Assembly (NCBI GenBank): GCA_964106915.2 | Contig: OZ066918.1 | Direction: 5' to 3' (one strand) | Length of the DNA: 64,000 nucleotides | Source: Podarcis gaigeae | Lineage: Eukaryota | Shown: in pieces, positions 14,616-25,558 of the stretch | Layout: each line of letters opens with the position of its first letter | Position numbering within the stretch: the stretch's first letter is position 1 | Program-made: the position numbers and the translations under genes | The notes under the pieces: generated by a model | What the model saw: the letters and a program-made list of their open reading frames with translations, nothing else | Told to the model about the DNA's origin: nothing | The model's database searches: none

Positions 14616-17600
14616 ATTGTGAGAAAGAGGCTTGTGTAAGATGTTTGTGTGTTTGAAGAACCATAAGAAGAAGCAGTTTGTGGACAGAGAGAAAGAGAGG
14701 CAGGAAGAAACAGAATTGGTTGATGGCTATAGAAACATTAGAGGATGCAGGGTGACTCAGTCTGTAGATCTAATGTGAAGCAGTGGTTTCCGCTTGGCAG
14801 GAACACACATCCTGTTTGCTTCCGCCTACTCTCTGCTTGTATATTCATAAATAAAGTCATGACCTTCCAGTGCTCTCTCCTTCAAAGGAAACCCAAACCT
14901 GTGTTGTATTTGCTCCTTGAAGCTACTCACCTCTCAGAGAAATGAGGAGCACATGTGACTCGCACAGATAAACTTCAGCTAAAATCTCAGGAACACAACT
15001 CATGAACTGCAAACAGATAAGATTCTCTGACTCTCATTTCTTGGGGGGGGGGAGGGAAACAGCACTCGGTCATTTCCCATATTTCCCTTACCTTTCTTGC
15101 AAATGAGCAGAGGTCCAACAAGCCCAGAAGCAACATCCTTTGGGGCATCTATATGTGAGTGATAAATTCTGGTCACACAGTTATTATCTCCTGCTGCTGG
15201 ACCATGATCTTCAGTTACCTCCCATCTATACACATACTGTTCTCCTGGTTGCACTGCATCATCTTTCTTTTGCAAACCTGAGGTGTTGTCAGGATAAAGT
15301 GCACCTAGGAAATGCAACAAATAGTGAATGTGGTATTATATATCATAGTACTGGTACAAGTGCCTCTGTGTCCAGGGCAGTTGTCTACCAGCTCCATCGG
15401 GTAAGCCGGCTTAGACCCTACCTGCCCGCAGACTGTCTCGCTAGAGTGGTGCATGCTCTGGTTATCTCCTACTTGGACTACTGCAATGCACTCTATGTGG
15501 GGCTACCTTTGAAGGTGACCTGGAAGCTACAATTAATTCAGAATGCGGCAGCTAGACTGGTGACTCGGAGTGGCCGCTGAGACCATATAACACTGGTCCT
15601 GAAACACCCCAGTACGTTTCTGAGCACAATTAAAAGTGTTGGTGCAGACCTTTAAAGCCACTTCACTAACATATGCAGTTTGTGTCCACTTGCCCCGAAT
15701 ATATGCCTGTTTGCGCACATTTCTTTGTTGCAGAATTGTATTGCAAAATAATAATAATATTATAAGAATTTATTATTTATACCTCGCCCATCTGGCTGGT
15801 TTTCTCCAGCTGCTTTAGGCCGCTTGCAGCAGAATATTAAAAAACATGATAAAACATCAAACATGAAAAACTTCCCTAAACAGGGCTGCCTTCAGATGTC
15901 TTCTAAAAGTCAGATAGTTGTTTATTTCTTTGACATCTGATGGGAGGGTGTTCCACAGAGCGGGCACCACTACTGAGAAGGCCTTCTGCCTGGTTCCCTG
16001 TAGCTTCACTTCTCGCAGTGAGGGAACCACCAGAAGGCCCTCGGAGCTGGACCTCAGTGTCTGGGCTGAATGATGGGGGTGGAGACGCTCCTTCAGGTAC
16101 GCTGGGCCAAGGCCATTTAGGGCTTTCAAGGTCAGCATAAACACTTTGAATTGTGCTCAGAAATGTACTGGGAGCAGAGAAGCATGAATTTTGAAGGACA
16201 GCTGCCCTTCAGTTCACATACAGAGTTGTAGCCATTTAAGTTCAACCAGTTGCAAGTATTGGACCTAAGGTAGTCATGTCCATTAATTTTGGTGGGTCTC
16301 CTCTGAGTATGACTATCATTGGGCACAATCCATTAGCTAGGGAAATGCAGTTTAGGACTCATTCACATTTCCTTTTGTGCCATGTTTCTAGACACAGGTT
16401 CAGATTTGACACAACTACTCTATTCCGAACTTAAAAATGGAAAGTGAAATGCCGTTGGTCAACAAAAAGGGATTAAAGACTGTCTCAAGGGAAATCTAAA
16501 AAAATGTAGTTTAAACACTGACACCTGAGAAACACTGGCCTGTGAGCGCTCCAGTTGGAGAACAGCCTTTACCAAAGGTGTCATGGACTTTGAAGACACT
16601 CAAACGCAGGACGCAAGGGAGAAACGTGCTAAGAGGTAGGCATGCTTGGAAATCCTCACTATGATCAACTCCCGCCTGGAAACCAATGTCCCCACTAAAG
16701 AAGGATGTGTGGATCCAGAATTGGCCTCCACAGTCATTTACGCACTCATTGTTAAAACTGTGTTTATGGAAGACAATCTTACTCGGCTACGAGTGATTGC
16801 CAAAGAAGAAGACAGATTTGAGTGGTGGGTTTTTTTGGTCCCATTGCTTTCCCTGGGAAAACAAACATTTTACTGATGAATCGGAGCAAACAGCAATTGG
16901 GTTTTCTGCAGATTGGCATTCGCTCTGATCCAGGGGTATAATCTGGGTTTCCCTGGGGAAAGCTCTGGTGGGAAAAAAACCTGCTCAGACACAGACTTGG
17001 GAAACTCAGAACTTTGCCTAGAAAGCACAGAGCAACGTTAAGCGTGGCTGAGCAGGTTGGGATTAAAATGTGAAGCAAACAAATTTCTCCCGCATCTCAA
17101 AATTGAAGGTCGGGGGGGGGGAGGGAGGGAGCAGATTTCCTAGTTGCAGAAAAAGAACCCTACACCCATAGGTAAGGTAAAAGGTAAAGGACCCCTGGAA
17201 AGTTAAGTCCAGTCAAAGACAACTATGGGGTTGCAGTGTTCATCTCACTTTCAGGCCGAGGGAGCCAGCATTTGTCCACAGTCAGCTTTCCGGGTCATGT
17301 GGGTTGTATGTCTGTGGGGAGTTGGATCAAGTCAGACATTAATATCAGCACAAAAATGTCAGAGGTGCAGCTGCCCCCTCAGTCTTGCCAACTATAGTAG
17401 ATTTGTCCATTTGATTTACACTGTCAGTTGGCTACCCTGACTGTAATTCAAGGTGTTCCTCACAGCACTGGGTGGGTGTCTACAGGCATAATGATGCAAT
17501 TCTGTTGCAAAACAGGAAAGGTATGGAATCAGTTGGACACAAATGGAAGTTTACCTTCGTTTTCTTTTGTGTATTTGACACCATGGGGGTGGAGTGTGTA

Positions 17601-20600
17601 GGCCCTTGTCGCAAAATTCTTTACATGGATGATGAGTGTGTCTCCAACTTCTGCTTTAAGAATGGGACCCAGGAAGCCCAGCCAAGGTGGTTTTGCAATA
17701 ATATGGCTGTATGAGTTGTCTGTGAACTGCATGTACACAGCTTTTTTGTATGTGCTTCCTATCCGGTCTGGGCCTTGTTGGAGAAAGACAGCAGCTTGCC
17801 TAAAGGATCAACACACAATCATGTCAGCGTAAGTCCTTGAAAAAAATACTGGGTACACTGGGATAGCTCAGTCAGTAGAACATGAGACTCTTAATCTCAG
17901 GGTTGTGGGGTTTTGCCCCACATTGGGCAAAAGATCCCTGCATTGCAGGGGGTCATCCCCTCCACCTCTACATTTCTGTGGTCCTATGATTACTGCTTCT
18001 GCACAGCATACGTTTTGTCTCAAATGAACTATTATTATCATTCCTTCTATTTCCGAAGTTCAGAGGCAAGTGCCATTGCTTACATAGACAAAATGGTGTC
18101 ATCCATGCACAAGAGGGAGAGGTCATCTGGCTTGAGTAAATCCCAAAATTTACAGAGGTACAAGATGTTAAAAACAGCCAATGATATCAATAAATAATGG
18201 TAATTAGAGCACCAGTCCTGGCCTGACTGCACTGGCTGCCAATTGGTTTCCGTGCCCAATTCAACGTGATGATTTTGACCTATAAAGCCTTAAATGGCTC
18301 AGGACCACAATATCTCAAGGACCGCCTCTCCTCATATGAACTGACATGGACCCTGTGATCATCATCTGAGGCCCTTCTTCATGTGCCTCCTCCTCAAGAG
18401 GTCCAGAGGGCAGCCACATGAGAATGGGCTTTTTTCAGCAGGGTGCAGCAACAGAGGAGACCCACTGAAATGTCATCACACATTTGGCAAACTCCCCATC
18501 CAAGCTTCCCCACCTAGGACTGGCTGCCAATGTGCAACGGGTAGTTTCTCCTTATTGGGTTTTTCTCTGCAAGGAGATTTCCAAAGGAGACCAGTGTTGC
18601 TGCAAAGGCTCAGGCTATGAGCCTGTTTACAGGAAGCTCTGTGAGTCACAAATTAAATCGGATGTGCATGTCATGGCTCTCCTTGGACTGTCCAAATAAT
18701 TCATATTTAATTGGAAGGTCTTCTTCTCTTCCTCTGCAAAGATAATAGCTTTCATTAAAACTCCACCTCATAGCTAAGATTCCTGAGGGCTAAAGGGTTT
18801 AAGTAGAGGTTAAAAGTGAAACGTCAAGCGTCATAGGCCAAAAGCAACCCCACAGTGCAACTTCGCTGTTCTCAGTGAATTTACACCAAGGAAGAAATTG
18901 GACCCTATGCCTCTGTGCTTTGTCAGAGAGCTAATAGAGTTGCCGACACACCACGGCAGTGAAGGTCTGTTGTGTGTCTCTTGTTGGTGTTGCCCAGCCT
19001 TTTCCCTTTGCTTTGCTCTTCAGAAATACTCTGTGTGTCTGGTTATTGCTAGCCCCTGAGAGGCACTGTGTTTCTCTGTCCTTTGAATTTCTTTCCTCAT
19101 TCTTGCCCAGCTGCTTTCAACAAAGACAAGGAGACTGGTGTTGGTAAGATGCCTAGATTAAGCAAAGGGAGGGGCAAAGGCCAGTATCAGCTTTGTTGAT
19201 TTTGAGTGCTCATTGTGTCATGTCATTGTCCTCAAACGCCTCTTTTGCATCTCACATGAGAGCCCTTGAGGAAGGATTAACAGATTTTTCTCTTTGACCA
19301 TCTTCTGCTTTTGCTTCCTACATTTCCACATCCTTCTCGAACACAGAACCCGTGGCCACAACCTCACTTCTTATCAAACTACTCCTCTCTCCTCAGAATG
19401 ACTGTTTGTTTATAATTGGTTTATTTTAAACCACAAGAACCACTGCACACAATGGGGCATGCATCTGAGTAGACATGAATAGGATTGCACTGTAAAAATA
19501 ACTCTAAATTAATTTAGAGGTATAGACCGCCTCACCACAACATTTTGGGGTGCCTCCAGAGTGTCAGTATTTTGTGGGAGGGATCAAAACCCAGAGGGAA
19601 ACTTTAGATTCATGCAGTGACAGCAGCTTAAAAGGATCTGTCAGCTTTAAGAAAATATTTGGACCGTTTATGATTTGGTGACAGTGAAATGCATTGAAAA
19701 GTGTGAGGTGGAGGTAGGGCTGTCTTAAGCTTATGCGGTGCTGGGGTGCAAAGATCCACCCAGCCCCCCCCCCCCGGTTGCCTAGTCCCAGGTGCGCAGG
19801 AGGGTGGAGCCAGTCGGCCGCCTCAGCGTCTCACTGTCTCGGTCACTCCTAAACTCGCAGCTCAGAACCGCCCGCAACAGAAGAGCCCGCCGCGGCACTC
19901 CAACCGGCAGACGGGCTCTTCCCCAGACTCAACTCTCAGGCCCCAGACTCTTGGCCTGGCGCCCCTGAGAACCTGGAGCCCGGGTACCCCGCACCCCTAG
20001 TGCCTATGGGTAATGCGGCCCTGGGTGGAAGAATTGCCCACATATAAACATATCACAAGCAAATCGGGATGGGTGCAGGAGGTTCATTGTTGTATAACCA
20101 CCGCACAAACAAATCAGAACAAGCGCTCAATAGACACAGGGCATTAGCTAAACTCCTCGTAAGCCAAGTAAATTAAGCTGAACGCTCAGGCTGGTTGGAG
20201 GAGAATGTAAGTAGACCCTGCTGAATCATCTAGTCTAACTTCCTGTTCTGATGGCAGCCAGCCAGACGCCTGTGGGAACCCTGCAAGCAGTATTTGAGCA
20301 CCAGAGTACTCTCCCCTCCTGTGGTATTCAGAAGTATTACTGCCTCTGAATGGAGGCAGAGCAAAGACATCATGGCTAGTGCATAGCTGTCAACGTTTTC
20401 CTTTTTTTAAGGGAAATTCCCTTATTCCGAATAGGATTCCTCACAAGAAAAGGGAAAAGTTGACAGCTATGGGCTAGTGGCCTTCGACATCCCTCTCCTC
20501 CATGAATTTGTCTATTCCTCTTTTAAAGCCACCTAAGTTAGTGGCCATCACTGCCTCCTGTAGGAACTGCATGAGCCACTTTTCCTTTCCATACAAATCA

Positions 20601-21053
20601 ACTTTTTTCTTAAGTAGTCCTTAAGCAGTCAGTATACTTCGATAGAAGCAAATCTGTATACTAATGTGACAATAAAGAAAAGAAGCCACGTATACAATTT
20701 TTGCAGACATAGCTTGAACAAAACTGCATCGGCTGAAATTTGTTGTTGCAAGTACCAGAGTCTCATCTTTCTTTGCATCGGGCTGTACTACAACATGCAT
20801 TTACTGAGCACCCATTAAAATCAACAGAGATAAATCGCCTATACTAAAAGGTGAAAGCTTGTTTTCAATACAGTTAGCCCAAAGCGAGTATCACTTACTC
20901 ATCTTCTGAAAACGGCTTTCCAGATATGATGTTCTTTGTCCCGGGAGCATAATTCCAATCCGTTTCTGTAATCCCAATGTAATATTCCCTATCTGCTGCC
21001 CAGGCCTGTAAGAAGCAGCAAGCCAGCAAGTGGCTTAGTACGAACAGCTCCAT
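1202..21053 (-). CDS. CP: Ceruloplasmin (multicopper ferroxidase), exons 1-12; 3' part lies outside the window
   Basis: Twelve phase-consistent GT-AG exons (155,245,213,171,255,166,140,141,212,151,213,208 nt; 756 codons). Signal peptide, trinuclear-cluster motifs LHPHG and YHSHID, type-1 Cu motifs [11 protein letters not shown] and [11 protein letters not shown]. Adjacent to TM4SF18/TM4SF1 as in human 3q24-25. Confidence 0.95.
1603..1722 (-). mobile_element. Degenerate Penelope-like terminal fragment
   Basis: Same layout as the 44.3-kb element (cttaaagact..ggtatcagctttc..cacttcttca); hammerhead core decayed to TTGAAGA. Confidence 0.5.
1886..2137 (+). mobile_element. Non-autonomous hAT-type element
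   Basis: Reverse-complement copy at 51318-51567. Confidence 0.7.
2727..2939 (-). CDS. CP: CP exon 11
   Basis: 213 nt; [15 protein letters not shown]...[16 protein letters not shown]...DTANLFP. Confidence 0.95.
3128..3464. mobile_element. Tc1/mariner-pogo (Tigger-like) MITE with an internal TTAGCGGC-type tandem array
   Basis: TIR CAGTGGTGCCTCGCAAGACGAA; TA duplication on both sides. Confidence 0.85.
4721..4871 (-). CDS. CP: CP exon 10
   Basis: 151 nt; [26 protein letters not shown]...FQESNKMH. Confidence 0.95.
5185..5391. mobile_element. Tigger-like MITE (TIR CAGTGGTACCTCGGGTT)
   Basis: TIRs and TA duplication; multicopy in the window. Confidence 0.85.
5847..5935. mobile_element. About 90-bp hAT-type MITE
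   Basis: TIR CATAGCTGTCAAC; 8-bp duplication GCAAAGGC/GGAAAGGC. Confidence 0.8.
6396..6607 (-). CDS. CP: CP exon 9
   Basis: 212 nt; [22 protein letters not shown]...[15 protein letters not shown]. Confidence 0.95.
6743..6883 (-). CDS. CP: CP exon 8
   Basis: 141 nt, not in the ORF track; [17 protein letters not shown]...[18 protein letters not shown]. Confidence 0.93.
8560..8699 (-). CDS. CP: CP exon 7
   Basis: 140 nt; [15 protein letters not shown]...EEHLGLL. Confidence 0.95.
9448..9820 (-). mobile_element. Sauria SINE, full length
   Basis: (ACCTTT)n tail, tRNA-like head; 15-bp target duplication CTGAGGCAACTGATA at 9433-9447 and 9821-9835. Confidence 0.88.
10348..10513 (-). CDS. CP: CP exon 6
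   Basis: 166 nt, not in the ORF track; [11 protein letters not shown]...[18 protein letters not shown]; ttcag|GT..GA|GTAAGT. Confidence 0.93.
11673..11927 (-). CDS. CP: CP exon 5
   Basis: 255 nt; [10 protein letters not shown]...[13 protein letters not shown]...[12 protein letters not shown]. Confidence 0.95.
12929..13099 (-). CDS. CP: CP exon 4
   Basis: 171 nt; [18 protein letters not shown]...FQESNKMH. Confidence 0.95.
13381..13419. repeat. (AC)n microsatellite
   Basis: Directly visible. Confidence 0.95.
13858..14172 (+). mobile_element. Short LINE (L1-like) 3' end with (AAAT)n(TAA)n tail
   Basis: 9-bp target duplication AACTGATGG at 13849-13857 and 14173-14181. Confidence 0.65.
14573..14611. 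repeat. (AC)n microsatellite
   Basis: Directly visible. Confidence 0.95.
15092..15304 (-). CDS. CP: CP exon 3
   Basis: 213 nt; ALYPDNT...[29 protein letters not shown]; canonical splice sites. Confidence 0.95.
15361..15660 (+). mobile_element. L2 LINE fragment
   Basis: [20 protein letters not shown]...[13 protein letters not shown]. Confidence 0.85.
15760..16172 (-). mobile_element. L2 LINE 3' end
   Basis: [15 protein letters not shown]...[14 protein letters not shown]...[10 protein letters not shown]. Confidence 0.85.
16413..16813 (+). mobile_element. RTE-clade LINE 3' end
   Basis: Very similar to 50113-50495; degenerate C-terminal [16 protein letters not shown] segment; GAA-repeat tail. 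Confidence 0.7.
17171..17302 (-). mobile_element. Sauria SINE 3' fragment
   Basis: Matches the tail half of the 9448 copy. Confidence 0.75.
17555..17799 (-). CDS. CP: CP exon 2
   Basis: tttag|G..G|GTAAAC; [15 protein letters not shown]...[16 protein letters not shown]...[14 protein letters not shown]. Confidence 0.95.
17856..17990 (+). mobile_element. tRNA-Lys-like SINE with CR1-type 3' tail
   Basis: tagctcagtcagtaga..gactcttaatctc head followed by cctgcattgcaggggg; related copies near 24990-25122 (-) and 63420-63460. Confidence 0.65.
18208..18440 (+). mobile_element. L2 LINE fragment (degenerate)
   Basis: LHWLPI...[17 protein letters not shown] coding remnant. Confidence 0.7.
20382..20471. 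mobile_element. About 90-bp hAT-type MITE nested in a CR1 fragment
   Basis: TIR CATAGCTGTCAAC; perfect 8-bp duplication GGCTAGTG. Confidence 0.85.
20899..21053 (-). CDS. CP: CP exon 1 (signal peptide; [51 protein letters not shown])
   Basis: ATG at 21053, donor GA|GTAAGT, phase 2; not in the ORF track. Confidence 0.92.
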
Positions 21054-21090
21054 TTTCTATTGCTGCCGGTGTAATAGAAGTTTGTGTTCC

Positions 21091-21185
21091 CTTTATAAGA
21101 TCAGGATTTCCCCTACGCACCCGCCCCCATGGTTGCTGTTGCATAGTTCAGTAGACTAAAAGATTGCACAATGCTTGCTGGAATA
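21091..21185 (-). promoter_or_regulatory. CP proximal promoter (TATA, NF-kB, GC box, C/EBP, STAT-type sites)
   Basis: TATAAA (- strand) 21092-21097; GGGGAAATCC 21104-21113; CCGCCC near 21121; ATTGCACAAT 21163-21172; TTGCTGGAA 21175-21183. Motif matches only. Confidence 0.6.
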
Positions 21186-22394
21186 AACACAGCCAGATTT
21201 GATGCCGGTAACTCGGGCAGCTGACGGATTAGTATTTTTAGAAAAACTTCCTTTTGATTTCAGCCAACCTCCTTCAAATGCAAATAAGACCTTCTGTAAA
21301 AGAAACTTTCCCCCATCAAAAGGGTTTAAAGGATTAAAGCTCCCTGTGAATTTTTTTTGGAGTTCCCCCCCCCCCCTGTGAAAGCAATGCCCATCTACTT
21401 TCTTGGACATGGTCCTAGTGGATTTTCCTGCATTCCACAACATAAGGTTTCAAGCAGCAAGACAGTGACGTGGATTCCATGTGGCCAGTAATATTAAAGT
21501 TGTCAAATTTTGAAAGAGGTCTCCTTTTCTTTTTCTTTATTCACCCTAGTAAGTACTGAGGGATTTTACAAATGGTTTGTTCTACATTCATGCTTGTTTG
21601 GTCTTCCTCATTGCTCATCCAGTCGATAAAGTCCATATAAATTTAGCAGCCTGATAGCAGAGTGCCAAAGACTAAATTCAACGCCTTTCAGTATAGGAAG
21701 AGTCATGCGCAATTTTAAGCAGGACAAGTTTTTTATGCACACAGATAAATCTGTCTATTCAGTCAATTCTGCTACTCTCTCCAAATTTTATCTGTTAAAA
21801 AGATTGATACATTGCAGAATAAGAAAATAATTTTAGGAAGAACGGACATTTTAATTATATTTATTAAATTATATTTATTAATTATATTTATCCCTTCCAG
21901 GTTTCAAGTCAGACCAACATTTTCTGCCTGATTTTTTTTCTCTCCACCCAAGGCCATTTCTTTTTATCTAACCATGTGGTTACTTATTAGGTATGGAATG
22001 CAAATAGGATCTAACAGTCTATCATCAACCACTCAGCAGTGGTGCCCTCCCTGTAGAACGCCCTCCTTTCAGATGTCAAGGAGATAAAGAACTACATAAC
22101 TTTTATTCGTCATCTGAAGGCAGCCCTGTATCAGGAGGTAAGCCATGACAAAGTCCGTATAGTTAAAGCCATGGTTTTCCCAGTAGTGATGTATGGAAGT
22201 GAGAGCTGCTCTCACAGAGGCAAGATGTACATTTGTGTGTTTCTCGGTATAGCGAAATAAAATAGCAATGTAGCCATACCTGCCTCATCCTTTCGTTGCG
22301 GACTACGAGATTACACTCTGCTGGGCTCAGGACAAGATGAGCCATATCAGCTCCAGATGGGCCGGAGCTGAATAAACTAACACAGAGCACGCCA

Positions 22395-22822
22395 GGCCCT
22401 CCTGTCTTCCACTGCCTCCTACAGTTTGGTCAAACTCATGCTGGTAGCTTCAAGAACACTATCCAACCATCTTGTCCTCTGTCGTCCCTTTCTCCTTGTG
22501 CCCTCCATCTTTCCCAACATCAGGGTCTTTTCCAGGGAGTCTTCTCTTCTCATGAGGTGGCCAAAATATTGCAGCCTCAGCTTCAGGGTCTGTCCTTCCA
22601 GTGAGCACTCAGAGCTGATTTCCTTAAGAATGGATAGGTTTGATCTTCTTGCAGTCCATGGGACTCTCAAGAGTCTCCTCCAGCACCATAATTCAAAAGC
22701 ATCAATTATTCGGCGATCAGCCTTCTTTATGGTCCAACTCTCACTTCCATACATCACTACTGGGAAAACCATGGCTTTAACTATACGGACCTTTGTTGGC
22801 AAGGTGATGTCTCTGCTCTGCT
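22395..22822 (-). mobile_element. RTE-BovB LINE 3' fragment
   Basis: RDITLPTKVRIVKAMVFPVVMYGSESWTIKKA...DAFELWCWRRLLRVPWTARRSN. Confidence 0.92.
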
Positions 22823-23591
22823 GCAAAGATATCTGAAGCTTTTAGATAGTTGACATAAGACTATAAGAAGAGGCCTCTGCTGGATCAGGCCAAAGGCTCA
22901 TCTAGTCTAGCAGCTTGTTCTCATGATGGCCAATGAGATGCCTATGAAAGGCATATTTTCACTGGGGACTTACTGATCCTGTTGGCTGCATAAAACGCCC
23001 TTTTCAAAAACAGCATCTGCCTAAATTAGCTCACAGAACATCTTGAACTTCATGTAATAGCTTATAGCTTATTCTGATATATGGCTTCATCTTTTGTTTT
23101 AGAATTGACCACAGAACAATACAGTTGGCCTAATCTGGGTTTTTTATTTTAAAAAAACACACGTTTAAATACACTATTAATATGTGTTTCCTGCAATGTA
23201 AGAACATGTGCTTTTTTCTTCTGTAATTCGACAAGAAAAATTGTGCTTAATTGCTTCATTAAGTTCATTTGCATCCACTGAAATGCAATTAATAAAAGTC
23301 TTATTAAATTTTACAAGCCATTGTGCAGGAAACAAAAAGAAGGATATGCAGTTAATCCCAGAATTAGGTTTACACAGTAGGATTGCTATTATTGAGCTTT
23401 TATTACAGTAGTTTGTAAAACTTAGCCTATGACTAATGTGTGTAGGTTCATTATTAGAACTAAAATTCCCTGCAGGCAGAGTATGTCGAGATTAGGGTCC
23501 TGACGCCCCCAGGCAGTATGATTCTCCAGCAGTTTGACTTCAAACTCGGTGACACTCCATTATCTCTCAAGGCAGACAGATGCCGACAATA

Positions 23592-23966
23592 GGTAAAGGT
23601 AAAGAGACCCCTGACCCGTGGCCGACTCTGGGGTTGTGGTGCTCATCTCATATTGGTAGTTGGTATTGGTAGCTCATATTGGTAGCTCATATTGGCCGAG
23701 GGAGCCGGCGTACAGCTTCCGGGTCATGTGGCCAGCATGACTAAGCCGCTTCTGGCGAACCAGAGCAGCGCATGGAAAGGCCGTTTACCTTCCCGCCGGA
23801 GTGGTACCTATTTATCTACTTGCACTGCATGCTTTCAAACTGCTAGGTTGGCAGGAGCAGGGACCGAGCAACGGGAGCTCACCCCGTTGTGGGGATTCGA
23901 ACCACCAACCTTCTGATCAGCAAGTCCTAGGCTCTGTGGTTTAACCCACAGTGCCACCTGTGTCCC
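23592..23966 (-). mobile_element. Sauria SINE, full length, with an internal 13-bp tandem expansion
   Basis: Family similarity; flanking TGCCRACAATA direct repeat; CTCATATTGGTAG repeats at about 23647-23696. Confidence 0.88.
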
Positions 23967-25319
23967 TGGTGCCAACAATACATATGGTCAAAAGTTCTGC
24001 TTCAACCTTAGTTAAGCCACTTCCTTTATGCATATATTAGTGTCTGGTTTTTCTTATTTAGCTTCTATTGCTTTTTGTATTTGCTTTATTTCAGTTAGAT
24101 ATTTAGTTCCTTTAGCAATTTCATCTAATTTTGCTCTCAGTTAACTTTCAGTAGCAATACCATTTCTAGGGAGAGGAAAATTTGTGAAATATAGGGGGTA
24201 AAGACACATAAGATACAGACCGAATCAAGCCACACACTGCATTGCTTTATTTGATAACCGGAATCTTGAAATAACAGTGGCTTAGTTTCAAAATATGGCT
24301 GTGCACTCACTTATCTTCTGTAAACAACTCTTCGAAGTCTGTCGTTATAGTCAAATAATTTTTTCGCTGTGGCTGTTGAGATGTCGCTTCCATGCTTACC
24401 CAAGCTAATGTTCAAGCCTGAACAAAAACTGATGTTTTCCGCCTTCCTGTCCCTCCCCAACCCCCTGCCCCTGAAGCATGAGACAAAGGAGCCATTCACT
24501 AAACAGAGGCTGTGAAATTCTGAAAGTCTTTTTCTTTCTTTTGTTTTTGCTTCTTGGACACAAATTGGAAATGTGACCTTGCTTCTCCCTGCCTCCCCAA
24601 ATAATTGCTAATGTACAGTTTCAGAGCTAGGAATCCTAACGATAAAGGGACTGGTCAATTAAGCAGGAGCTCCACTTCCCTCTGCCACTTAAAACTAATG
24701 ATAGGCGTCACCTCCATAGGGCAACAAGTTGAGGGAATGACAAGAGATCAGTCAGCAGAGAAAATATCTAGGTCAATTTAGAGGGCTGTGTGAGTGTAAC
24801 TTGAGAAAAGAGCACTGAGCCTGCAGTGAAATGTGGCATGTGAGCAAATGCCCCTACTTACTAGGCAGCATTTGTGAGGGGGTGGGAGGCTTATTCTCTC
24901 CCCCCCCCATCCCACTGCAGCAGCCTCCCTCTCCTCTGCTTTTTGCCTTGGCACGTGCAGCAATTTTTTCTTTAAAAAGAGCCACTCTTTAGAATTGTAC
25001 GGAACCACAAGGCCCACCTCGTCCAACCCCTTGCAATGCAGGAATCTTTTGCCCAATGGGAGGATTGAACCCACAATACTGGGAATAAGTGTCTTGTGCT
25101 CTACTGACTGAGCTATCCACCAATTCTCTAGCAAAATAGCAAACCAGTTTGACTACCCAGGAAAAATCGAGCCCTACGCCACTCACCACCAATGGGGTGG
25201 CTGAGCGAGATGCAGTTAGTTTGATGCAGCCCCAAAGTGAACATAACCTCAACAGGACATAATTTCTCAGAAAGTTGAGAAATTACAACTTGAGAGAAAT
25301 TACAAGTTGAGAAATTATA

Positions 25320-25558
25320 CAGTGGTACCTCGGGTTATGGTACATACGCTTCAGATTACATACGCTTCAGGTTACAGACTCCGCTAACTCAGAAATAGTA
25401 CCTCGGGTTAAGAACTTTGCTTCAGGATGAGAACAGAAATCGTGCAGCAGCAGCAGGAGGAGGCCCCATTAGCTAAAGTGGTACCTCAGGTTAAGAACTG
25501 TTTAAGGTTAAGAACGGACCTCCAGAACGAATTAAGTTCTTAACCCGAGGTAGCACTG
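25320..25558. mobile_element. Tigger-like MITE
   Basis: TIRs and TA duplication. Confidence 0.85.

Noticed and set aside
17856-17930. tRNA-Lys gene
   Set aside because: Degenerate T-arm/B box and acceptor stem, fused to a CR1-like tail, with other decayed copies in the window; it is a SINE head.
1202-21053. Hephaestin or HEPHL1 instead of CP, because of the domain-2 Met
   Set aside because: Domain-4 [11 protein letters not shown], exon sizes and adjacency to TM4SF18/TM4SF1 all fit CP. The C-terminus is outside the window, so a membrane anchor cannot be checked.
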